Part shown: positions 50,492 through 61,903 of the stretch, piece by piece
Numbering within the stretch: the stretch's first letter is position 1
Layout of the letters: every line of letters begins with the position of its first letter
DNA from: Octopus sinensis
Taxonomy: Eukaryota
NCBI RefSeq assembly: GCF_006345805.1
Contig: NC_043016.1
Location: forward strand, 32,488,001 to 32,552,000
Direction: 5' to 3'
DNA: 64,000 nucleotides
The notes under the pieces: generated by a model
Told to the model about the DNA's origin: nothing
The model's input: the letters and a program-made list of their open reading frames with translations, nothing else
Databases searched by the model: none
Position numbers and translations under genes: made by a program

Positions 50492-51446
50492 CTACAAGGA
50501 AACAGTAAGCAGATTAAAGTATGTTTATAGATTAAAAACACTCCAGATTATCAAATCCACAAATCCAATGAGATATTAAATCTACCAAACAAATTGTCAA
50601 ATCCATCCCATAAGTTGTTAAAGCCATTCATCCAACAGTAAGCAGATTAAAGTGTGTTTATAGTTTAAAAACACTCCACAGATTATCAAATCCACAAATC
50701 CAATGAGATATTAAATCTACCTTAACAAATTGTCAAATCCATCCCATAAGTTGTTAAAGCCATTCATCCAACAAGCTGCCAAATCCAACCACTAGTTATT
50801 AAATCCCTTATCCATTCCCAACAAATTATTGTCAAATCCACCTCCAAAAATTGTCAACTTTACACCTATAAGTTGTTAAATCTACCCCATCAAATTCATC
50901 CCACAAGTTGCTAAATCCACCCCTCTAACAAGTTAAATCCATTCTACAAGTGTTAATCCACCCCTTCAAGTTACAGTAAATTTATCCAATGTGATTTTGC
51001 TCAAACTGAAAGCATATGTCATAATTTTTCTATTTCCGTATATTTATAGTCAGAAGAGAAACAATAGCAAACTCTGGTCCCTTTTCAGGGTCCCCAAAAC
51101 TTGTCGAAAGAAGTTATTCTCAAACTGAAAATCTAGACTAAAAATGTTTACAGCAGAGCAGACCCAGTCAAAGACACCAAAGAACCAGGTGCTGATGGTG
51201 CAAAATCAGTCATCAGCTTCAGTTTCTCAGTCCCAGAACAAGAATGGTTCCTCTGAGTGCCTAAGGTGCTGAATATCGCTTGCCAGACCATAGCTGACTT
51301 AAAGCTATGGTAGCTTTTCCCAAGGTGCCACACAGTTGATTTGAACTTGGAAAGACGTAGTTGTGAAGTAAATCTTCATAACAACACAGCCATGAACCAG
51401 TATTGAAGAATTTCATAAATATTTGAAAATACAAATATATATATAG

Positions 51447-51619
51447 GCGTAGGAGTGGCTGTGTAGTAAGTAGCTTGCTTACCAACCACATGGTTCTGGG
51501 TTTAGTCCCCACTGTGTGGCACCTTGAGCAAGTGTCTTCAACTATAGCCTCGGGCTGACCAAAGCCTTGTGAGTAGATTTGGTAGACGGAAACTGAAAGA
51601 AGCCTGTCGTATATATGTA

Positions 51620-51675
<56 letters not shown>

Positions 51676-51856
51676 GTGAATTGAAGAAATGGAGTTGAAC
51701 GAAGATTGAACAGAAATCGTTTTATTGCATTCTACATGTGTTTCGAAAGGCACAATTTACCAAATTCCGATTGAATAAGGAGACCATATTGTGTCTTTCT
51801 CTTCAGGAAGAAACTTTTGATTAATCTGCAACAAGATTATTCATCTTTCTATTTCA

Positions 51857-51900
<44 letters not shown>

Positions 51901-52090
51901 GTGTGTGTTTGTCCCCGACCCCAACATCGCTTGACAACCGATGCTGGTGTGTTTATATTCCCGTAAGTTAGCAGTTCAGCATAAGAGACTAGGCTTATAA
52001 AGAATAAGTCCTGGGGTCAATTTGCTCGACTAAAGGCGGTGCTCCAGCATGGCCACAGTCAAATGACTGAAACAAGTAAAAGAGTAAAAG
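51447..52090 (+). mobile_element. SINE family A copy split by a hammerhead-bearing insert of about 190 bp in its (TA)n
   Basis: Head at 51447, tail at 52085, non-SINE sequence at 51671-51860 between (TA)n tracts. Confidence 0.8.
51730..51809 (-). ncRNA. Minimal type-I hammerhead ribozyme, intact core, in a Jagged intron (sense)
   Basis: TTC-CTGAAGA-[GAAAGACACAAT...ATTGTGCCTTTC]-GAAA-CACATG-T-A-GAA. Helix II pairs 11 of 12, triplet GUA, helix I only 3 bp. AATAAA lies at 51726-51721. Confidence 0.72.
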
Positions 52091-52904
52091 AGAGTAATAT
52101 ATATAGCTGCTATTTCTAGTACTTTAAGCAACAATATAGATGCCACACTTGTTTTGATTAAATATGTAATTATTAAATACGTATCAATTAGATATGCATT
52201 AATTAGAATGTACTGGTCTGACAGATGCCAACATGGAAAATGGACATTAATGGATGCTGATGCTGATGATGATGCTGATGATGCAATAATTCCTGATAGT
52301 AGCACAAGGCTGCACATTTTTAGACAAATATAATCTGAGACTGAATAGAGGCTCTCTTCTAGCACTGCTGCTGCTGCTAATTTTACGGATGCCTAGTAGG
52401 GAGTAGGGAAGAATGAAAGGGAAACACACCCCTAGTAATATTTGGACTTGGAATGTTGAGAGAGGAAAATAAATGCTAGTACATGCGTAATTTGACACAG
52501 CGTTTTTCTGCAACTCTAAATGAATTCATTAGACACACTAACGAGTAAAACTTACATCAAGGGAGACACTAATTACAAATATTGTAATTGCTTACTTTGA
52601 TAATATTAAGACATTTATTCAGTTTTTTTTTTCCTTTTACTTTTTCTTGTTTCACTCATTATTAGACTGTGGCCATGTTGGAGCATGTCCTTGAAGAATC
52701 TTTAGTCGAATGAACTGACCCCCAATACTTATTATTTTTCTCTAAAAGCCAGGTACTTATTCTATCATTCACTTTGCTGAACTGCTAAGTTACAGGGATG
52801 TAAACACACCAGCACTGGTTGTCAAGCAGTGATGACAGGAAAAACAGGCACAAAGATACACACACACACGTATATATATATATATATATATATATATTAC
52901 AGTA

Positions 52905-52949
<45 letters not shown>

Positions 52950-52985
52950 ATAATATAATAATATATATAATATATATAATAATAT

Positions 52986-53017
<32 letters not shown>

Positions 53018-53515
53018 TACAGTAAATAATATATATTGGGGCAAGTGAAATCGAAATTGAACCAATCCTATGACTAGCACCTGGCAGATGCCAGGGACCT
53101 GGGACTGGAGGTACGTAAAAAGCACTATCCGAATTGTGGCCGATGCCAGCGCCGCCTTGACTGGCTTCCGTGTCGGTGGCACGTAAAAAGCACCATCCGA
53201 ATCGTAGCCGAAGCCAGTGCCGCCTTGACTGGCTTCCATAAAATGCACCAATCCGATCGTGGCCGATGCCAGCCTTGCCTGGCACTAGTGCAGGTGGCAC
53301 GTAAAAAGGCACCCACTACACTCACGGAGTGGTTGGCGTTAGGAAGGGCATCCAGCTGTAGAAACTTTGCCAGATAAGACCGGAGCCTGGTGCAGCCTTC
53401 TGGCTTCCCAGATCCCCGGTCGAACCGTCCAACCCATGCTAGCATGGAGAACGGACGTTAAACGATGATGATGATGATGATGATGATGATATATACATAC
53501 ATACATACATATATA

Positions 53516-53592
<77 letters not shown>

Positions 53593-54025
53593 ATGGGCTT
53601 CTCTTAGTTTCCATCTACTAAATCTACTCAAAAGGCTTTGGTTGGCCTGAGGTTATAGAAGAAGACACTTGCCCAAGGTGACACACAACAGGACTGAACC
53701 TGGAACCATGCAGTTGGGAAACAAATTTCTTACCACACAGACATGACTGCATCTATAGACAGTCAGGAAAAAAAAAAATTCTGAAGAGATGGACAAGGGA
53801 ATGCGTAAGACCAATTGCCTTGTTACTTCAGCAAATTACAGGTATTTCTTTTATCAGTTAATTGAAGAGAGAAAAAAAAAAAAGAGAGAGAGAGAGACAC
53901 ACACACAAACAGTTGTCAGACAGAGTGAAAGCAAAGTAGACATCAATAGAACAGCAAGGGCCAGAAATTAAAAACAAAAACAAAAGCAAAACCTTGAAGC
54001 TGAACATCATCAATAACAACATTTT

Positions 54026-54373
54026 AACTACCACTTCTCAATATTTGGATGGCTCAGAGAAAATTCAGTGTGACAGATTATCTACAGCTGGATGCCCTTC
54101 CTGTCACCAACCAACTACCACTTCTCAATATTTGGATGGCTCAGAGAAAATTCAGTGTGACAGATTATCTACAGCTGGATGCCCTTCCTGTCACCAACCA
54201 ACTACCACTTCTCAATATTTGGATGGCTCAGAGAAAATTCAGTGTGACAGATTATCTACAGCTGGATGCCCTTCCTGTCACCAACCAACTACCACTTCTC
54301 AATATTTGGATGGCTCAGAGAAAATTCAGTGTGACAGATTATCTACAGCTGGATGCCCTTCCTGTCACCAACC
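54026..54373. repeat. Perfect 4 x 87-bp minisatellite in a Jagged intron
   Basis: Identical units start at 54026, 54113, 54200 and 54287. Confidence 0.95.
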
Positions 54374-54641
54374 TGAGCAAGATAATATTTTCTTATGACT
54401 AGACGGTGTTTCCTAGGGCTAAATAACAGTAGCATTCTTCCCTTTCATGGGACTGTCACATTAAGTTGACAACATGCTATCACTTTATATATTGTTGGTA
54501 AAACATGAATACAAAAAAGAAGCACATTCTAAGGTACAGAGCAGTATATTATATAAAGTTAGATAAGGCCTGTTTATGGCATTACCCTGGGTTTTACGTG
54601 AAACCTAGCACTTGCTAGACAGACCATAGGCCAACAGATTT

Positions 54642-54702
54642 GGAATCTGATGACATGCTGTAAAGCTAAACACTTTATGGGCATGAAACCCAGGTTAACT
54701 CC
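54642..54702 (+). ncRNA. Near-intact hammerhead motif, antisense to Jagged
   Basis: GGAAT-CTGATGA-C-[ATGCTGTAAAG...CTTTATGGGCAT]-GAAA-CCCAGGT-T-A-ACTCC. One mismatch in helix III and one in helix I. Confidence 0.6.
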
Positions 54703-55013
54703 ATAAACTGGCTTTATCTAACTTTATCTGTGTATGAGTGTGTGTGTGTGTGTGTGTGTGCAGACTTCATTCAGTTTTCCCATACAAAATCCACCTTAGT
54801 AAGCTAAGTTCTATAATAGAAAATACTTACCTAAGGTGCCACGAACTGGGACTGAACCTAAAGCCATGTGGCTGAGAAGTAACTTTCTTAACTACACAGC
54901 CATCCCTGCACTTAGAGAGTCTTCCAATTCATTACCAACAATAATATTAATATATGATAATGTTATGTTAATGATTTCAGTGCTGCCACCTTTAGGATAA
55001 AAGAAAAACATAC

Positions 55014-55133
55014 TTATTTCACAGTTTCCTCCAGAAAATCCTTTAGGACAGGTGCAAGAATATTCATCAGGTTTGGTGTTTTGGCAAATGCCACCATTCA
55101 AACAAGGTTGATAAGTTCCGCAGTAGTTAAGAT
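55014..55133 (-). CDS. JAG1: Serrate/Jagged exon, 120 bp ([40 protein letters not shown])
   Basis: ttctag acceptor, A|gtatgt donor. The DLNYC...PCLNGG.C.NT.PD.Y.C motif is typical of Jagged/Delta EGF3. Confidence 0.93.
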
Positions 55134-55511
55134 CTAGAATAAATCATCAAAAGGAATGAAAGTTTTAGGTTATTCAAGTACTGTTTTTTTGAGTACACGT
55201 AAAAGGTGATACATACGTATATGTATACATACACACACACTTACATATATACAAACTTATACATACACACAAGTGAAATGTGGTTGGTTACAGTAATAAA
55301 TAGAAGACTCTAAAACAGCCATTATATATATTCTTATTTTAATTTTAATTAAACCCATATGTTAACCGTAGTTTGCCTGATTTGAACTTTTTTCTATTGC
55401 ATCCACTGTACTTATCTAACACTTCAGGTTTGACTTGAATACTTATACACTGTCTATGTGTTTCAAAAGAAAATTATAACTGTGTGTGTGTATACATAGA
55501 TATATATGCAC

Positions 55512-55544
<33 letters not shown>

Positions 55545-55569
55545 ATATATACATGTGTGCGTGTGTTTG

Positions 55570-55604
<35 letters not shown>

Positions 55605-57995
55605 TTTTATGTGTTTCAGCCCTAAGGCTGTGGCCATGCTGGGGTACCATCAGTGTTATCTTTTCACTAGGCCTGCTTTTGTGATTGGCATTTGGTGCCT
55701 TCTTTTGAGGGCAGCTTGTCATGATGTAAGTTCATCAGGGGCCTTGTACAGCAGGAGGTCAAACTGTTTTTTTGAAAATATCTCCATGTAGATCTCTCAG
55801 ATGTGTATATGTTGTGAATGCATTTTAAGATTTCACTTAGGCACAACGATACTAATAACCTGGTGTTAGAACTAAGTATATTTATGCCTGAGAACAAAGC
55901 ATCAGTTGAGTACAGAGCAGTAATAAGAAATTAAATAAATGACAAGGGAATAAGAATTTAAATAATCAACTTCATTGGCTTACATATGTTTCTGCAATAA
56001 GATGCAGTACACTTGCAGCTGAGTGTTTGTGCATCATCTTGTAGCTTCCTCAGAACTTAAATGCCTAAATGTATGTGTGTATGTAGATGGGGCATATGTG
56101 TGCTCATTCATTCATGTTTTCATGCTAGCAAAGGTTAAACAAATACATTATCGAAGCATTTTTTTTATAGTCAGATGCTCCCCTTATCATTAACCATTGT
56201 TTGTATTTCTAATATGGGACGTTTCAATTCAACTCATCTTTGATGGGGTAGATCTAGCGAGCGATTTGTTGACAGAGACACATCAATAAAAGGCACCCTC
56301 AAAGGCAAATAAAAGGCAAAGCTCAAACTAAAACACAGAAAGCAAAAATTCATACACATACACACACACACACACACAGAGTCACACATATTGTATGACA
56401 GTTTTCCATCCACCAAAACCACTATTACCTTTTTTTTACAACAAGTTCCCATAAGGTAATGATGCAAGGGAGGTAATAATCATCATCATCATCGTTTAGC
56501 GTCCGTTTTCCATGCTAGCATGGGTTGGACGGTTCTACTGGAGTCTGTGAAGCCAGAAGGCTTCATCAGGCCCAGTCAAATCTGGCAGTGTTTCTACGGC
56601 TGGATGCCCTTCCTAACGCCAACCACTCCGTGAGTGTAGTGGGTGCTTTTTATGTGCCACCCACACAGGTGCCAGACAGAGCTGGTAAACGGCCACGAAC
56701 GGATGGTGCTTTTTATGTGCCACCGGCACGGGGGCCAGGCGAGGCTGGCAACGGACACGAACGGATGGTGCTTTTTACGTGCCACTGGCACGAGGCCAGT
56801 CGGGGCGGCGCTGGTAACGGTCGCGAAACAGAAGGTTCTCTTACATGCCACCGGCACTGGTAACACATCTGCAATTTCCATTGATCAATTTCGATTCTGA
56901 TCCTCACTTGCCTCATAAATAATAACTAATGTATTGTATATAAGTTAATTAATGAAGTAGCTAATTGGGAAGATACGGATAAGAGTTGGAAATGAAATGT
57001 AATAACCATAAAACTATAATTAATTAAAAAAATAAGTAAAGTAAAAACTGTTGATTTTTAGAATAACATGGTGTTAGATGTAAGACAATAGGACTATGTA
57101 AGAGATATAGAGACTACATGAGCAACATGTGGACAGAGACAATATTGCAGAGCTAAAGAGGAACTAGTCTACATGTTAACTTCCAAGTATTTTTTAAAAA
57201 ATATTTCCCATCTTCTAAGAATTTATTTTAAGAACAGTATCAATTATTATGTGACATACAATTTACCAAATTTTCCCCTACATGTGTGCATATATATATA
57301 TATATATGAGCATCCTGACAAACAAAATCTTGAATAGGAGAGAGGGGGAAATGCCACCCATGGGCCACCAAGGAACCCTACAGATACCAAGCCCTCCCTA
57401 TTCACCAAGAATAAACACAACAAGTACTCTTCTCTCCTCCATGCTTCTCAGCCATCAGGTGCCAACTTAGAGTAGGTCTGCTCCCTTTCAACAAATTTTC
57501 TGAGGAACAGCACATCCCTGTCAATCAACATCTTTTTCAAATAGAATTTTTTAAAAATTCAACGATGTTCTAAGAGAAGATGCTTGTTGCATCACTCATA
57601 AGTTTGTTGGTTCATATGTTTCAGAGTTGGTTATTTTTGTAATTTTTGTTATATATAATTCGTTAAAGACCACCAGAACATATAGGGCTGGCTAGTTTGT
57701 TTGTTGTTCCCATCTCAGAGGTGTAAATTTAAAATCATATAACATACAGAAAATAGCATTACTAAAGCACCACACAGATCTTGTGTTAAGTATTTTCAAT
57801 ACTGCAAAAATAACAACACCAAAACAAACCACAGCACATACCCAAGGCACACAGAGCTGCACTCGGTAGTGCAATGAAAGCATGTGATAAAAATAAGATT
57901 ACTGGATCATCATCATTGTTTAACATCCACTTTCCATGCTAGGATGGGTTGAACGAATTGACTGAGGACTGGCGAACCAGATGGCTGCACCGATG

Positions 57996-58027
<32 letters not shown>

Positions 58028-58317
58028 TAATAATAATAATAATAATGATGATAATAATAATAATAATCCTTCTTTTTACTATAGGTACAAGGCCTGAAAT
58101 TTGTGGGGCAGGGGACTAGAAGATTACATTGACCCCAAGTGTTTCACTGGTACTCAATTTACTGACCCTGAAAGAATGAAAGGCAAAGTTGACCTCTGCA
58201 GAATTTGAACTCAGAACGTAAAACCGGACAAAATACTGCTAAGCATTTTTCCCAGCATGCTAATGATTCTGCCAGGTTGCCGCCTTAATAATTATAATAA
58301 TAATAATAATAATAATA

Positions 58318-58348
<31 letters not shown>

Positions 58349-58355
58349 CATCATC

Positions 58356-58389
<34 letters not shown>

Positions 58390-58488
58390 TAAGAAGAAGA
58401 AGAAGAAGAAGAAGAAAGAAGAAGAAGAAGAAGAGGAAGAAGGAATAATAATAAAGAAAGAATAATAATGAAATGTAAATTGACAAAC

Positions 58489-58619
58489 CTTTATTACAGA
58501 GAAGTCCCCCCCAATTCCTAGCACAGTTACATTCCCAAGGTTCTCTACAGGTGCCGTGCATACAGCCTGGATAAAGACTGCATTGATCACAAAGTGGTCC
58601 TTGCCAACCATCTGTACAA
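58489..58619 (-). CDS. JAG1: Serrate/Jagged exon, 131 bp ([43 protein letters not shown])
   Basis: Acceptor tctctttgcag, donor G|gtttgt. Peptide matches the EGF1-2 region of DSL ligands. Joins the next exon in frame to give NKDLNYC. Confidence 0.93.
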
Positions 58620-59037
58620 CTGCAAAGAGAAATAAATAAATGCATGAATACATAAATAAATAACACAAACAAAGAATAAAAAAATTGAATTTTAAAAAAA
58701 ATTCTCAAACATAAACTTTAAAACAGGTATAAATTTTTTATGTATATATATAGATACATACATACACTTGTAGATATGTATTTGCTTGCGTGTGTGTGTG
58801 TGTTGTTAGCAACAGAAGCTTAATTAGTTCAGAATAGCATTCTATATACATGGATATGTTGTAGAAAGCCACAGCACTGTGCTGTTCATATTGAGGAAAG
58901 ACATCATATAGCCATATAGTGCTAAGAAAGCAATATATACGTAATGTACATAAATCTCTGTCGATTCACCAGAAGTGATAAAATACAGGATTCAATACAC
59001 AAGTAAAGTATTCTTTAATAATGTGTATGGATGAGGA

Positions 59038-59312
59038 TGTGGAGGCACATGGCCTAGTGGTTAGAGCAGCGGACTCACGGTTGAGGGATCATGGGTTCAA
59101 ATCTCGGACTGGGCGATGTGAGTGTTTAAGGCAGAAGGTAATGGTGAATTTCTGCTGACTCTTTTGCCACAGCTTTCTCTCACTCTTTCTTCCTGCATCT
59201 TGCAGCTCACCTGCGATGGACTGGCGTCCCGTCCAGGTGGGGAACCTATATGCCAAGGAAACTGGGAAACTGGCCCTTATGAGCCAGGCGTGGCTCGAGA
59301 AGGAACAAACAA
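59038..59312 (+). mobile_element. tRNA-derived SINE family D (another copy at 6235-6545, minus strand)
   Basis: tggcctagtggttagagcagcgg...gggttcaaatctc head; body shared with the 6235-6545 copy. Confidence 0.75.
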
Positions 59313-59319
59313 TGGATGA

Positions 59320-59770
59320 GGATAGTTGCATAAAGAAGTGCTGAGCTCTAATTGTGGAGAGTAACCCAGGAAGATGTGGGATAAAGTGGTGAGAAAGGAT
59401 CTTCAAATGCTGGGCCTCATTGAGGAAATGACAAGGGACTGGGAGATGTGATGATTTGCTGTACTTGATAAGACAAGTCAAGCTAAGCAGAATTGCTGTC
59501 TTCTACACATTCAAGCTTGTCCTTTCAGGTGCTGGTGCCACTTGTAAAGCACCTGTGCCAGTACTGTGTAAATGCAACTGTACAGGTGGCACATAAAAAG
59601 CATCCAGTACACTCTGTTAAGTGATTGGCATTAGGAAGGGCATCCAGCCATAGGAACCATGTCACAACAGACAATTGGAGTCTGGACAGCTTGACTGGCC
59701 AGCTCCATTTCAAAACATCCAATCCATAGCCAGCATGGGAAATGGACATTAAACAATGATGATAATGACA
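59320..59770 (+). mobile_element. Short RTE LINE 3' fragment
   Basis: Degenerate RGRPRKTW region (acccaggaagatgtggga) followed by the same 3' tail. Confidence 0.6.
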
Positions 59771-60461
59771 ACTAAGATAACTGAAAGGCTCTAATTTCCT
59801 GTACTCAGTTATTCATTTCCAATCATCAGCTGGTAAATTGACCCTGTTTTCTTATGAATGGTGAAGCTTTTGTTTACAATCAAAGCACCATCACATGAGT
59901 ACTGTGGCCATGGTGGGTGGGGCACCACCTTCAAGGGTTTTGTTAATCAATCTGTAATGGCACTTATTACAGATTGGCATTTGATTGATCGTAATTTGTT
60001 GAACCAAAGTTATGGACTTGGCAAAACACAACATAAACAACTAGAATAAACGCAAACATGCAAAAATGCACACACACACACACACACATAGAGTTTGACC
60101 TAAAGCTATGATGAAAGATATTTGCTCAAGTGAAATAGAATGGAGCCAAATTTAGGAAATAGTGGTTCTGAGACTAATTTTTTAACTTGACAACCAAAAT
60201 TTCAGGTTTTCTGCCTATAGAAGAAATTATTATCATTATTTCTATTTAAGGCAGTAGGCTGGCAGAATTGTTAGCATGCTGGCTAAAATACTTAGTGCTG
60301 TTTTGTCTGCTGCTACATTCTGAGTTCAAATTCTGCCAAGGTCAACTTTGCCTTTCATCCTTTTGAGGCTGATAAATTAGGTACCAGTTGCATACTGGGA
60401 TCAATGTAATCGACAGGACCCCTCCTCCTAAATTTCAGGCCTTGTGTCTACAGCAGAAAGA

Positions 60462-60500
<39 letters not shown>

Positions 60501-61675
60501 ATTATTATTATTAAGGGGCTAGCGTCGCTGTTTGGTGAAGAAGTTTGCTCTCTAATGGCATGGTACTCGGTTCAGTCCCATTGTGTGGCACCTACGGCAA
60601 GTATTTTCTACTAAATAACCCTGGTCCAGCCAGTTCATGTTAGAGTATTTGGGAGTTGGAAATTAAAAGCTCATCATAATCAACATCATCATCATCATTA
60701 TCATCAATATCATTTAACATCCATTGGAGAACTACACCATGCTCTAATGTCTGCTATGGCTGGATCCCCCCCCCCCGCCCCAACAGCAATCACTTTATAG
60801 AGGGTACCAGTGTCATAGAGGGTACTGGTGAGGTTGCAATGTAACTCACAAGATGAAAGGGAGAGCACTTTACATTAAGCTGGCAGAATTGTTAGCACGT
60901 CGAGCAAAATGCTTAATTCCACTGAGGTCTACTCAGCCTTTCATTCTTTCGGAGTCAATAAAATAAGGACCAGTTGAATGCTGGAAGGTCAGTGTTATAT
61001 CAACTTACACTCCTTGTCTGAAACTGCCGGCCTTGTGCCAAAATTTCATATCAATATTGTATACATACATATTGTAAAAAGCATCCAGCCCACACTGTGA
61101 AGTGGTTGGCATTTGGAAGGGCATCCAGCTGTAAAAAAAAAACATGCCAGAACTGACCTCACATGCATTGGTGGCACATAAAAAACTCTCAATCCACTCT
61201 GTAGGGTGGTTGATGTTAGGAAGGGTATCCAGCCATAGAAACCATGCCAAAATGGATACAGTAGTCTGGGGCAATGTTCTACCTGGCTGGCTCCTGTCAA
61301 ACCGTCCAACCCATGCCAGCATAGAATGTGGATATTAAACGATGATGACGATGATGATGACATATCATATACACATATGTATGTGTGCATGTATGCATAG
61401 ATGTATGTATATATGTTTTTGTCACCCTGTTTTAATGTGTGCTAATTCTAAGCAAGAAACAGCATTCATACATATTTGATATCATTTGCTTTTGATTTTC
61501 TGGGGGAAAAAAAAACTCCATGTGCTGGGAAATATTCCCCTTGTTTGGAAAATAAGTGAGGGTTAGTAACAGTAAGAGCATCCAGTCAGGGAAGGAAAAT
61601 CTGCTTCAATAAAGCTTTGTTCGGCCCATGCAAGTGTGAGGAAAGGGATTTAAAGACAATGATGAGATAATGACA

Positions 61676-61714
<39 letters not shown>

Positions 61715-61728
61715 GTAATGATGACACT

Positions 61729-61903
61729 TAAGGCGGCGAGCTGGCAGAAACGTTAGCACGACGGGCAAAATGCTTAGCGGTATTTCGTCTGCGTTACGTT
61801 GTGAGTTCAAATTCCGCCGAGGTCGACTTTGCCTTTCATCCTTTCGGGGTCGATAAATTAAGTACCAGTTATGCACTGGGGTCGATGTAATCGACTTAAT
61901 ACC
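61729..61903 (+). mobile_element. SINE family C (copies also near 7790-8165, 11610-12085, 58060-58290, 60250-60450, 60880-61050)
   Basis: aaggcggcgagctggcagaaacgttagc...gagttcaaattccgccgaggtcgactttgcctttcatcc recurs across the window. Confidence 0.75.

Noticed and set aside
53994-54402. 134-aa and 117-aa repetitive ORFs
   Set aside because: Products of the 87-bp minisatellite, antisense to and intronic in Jagged.
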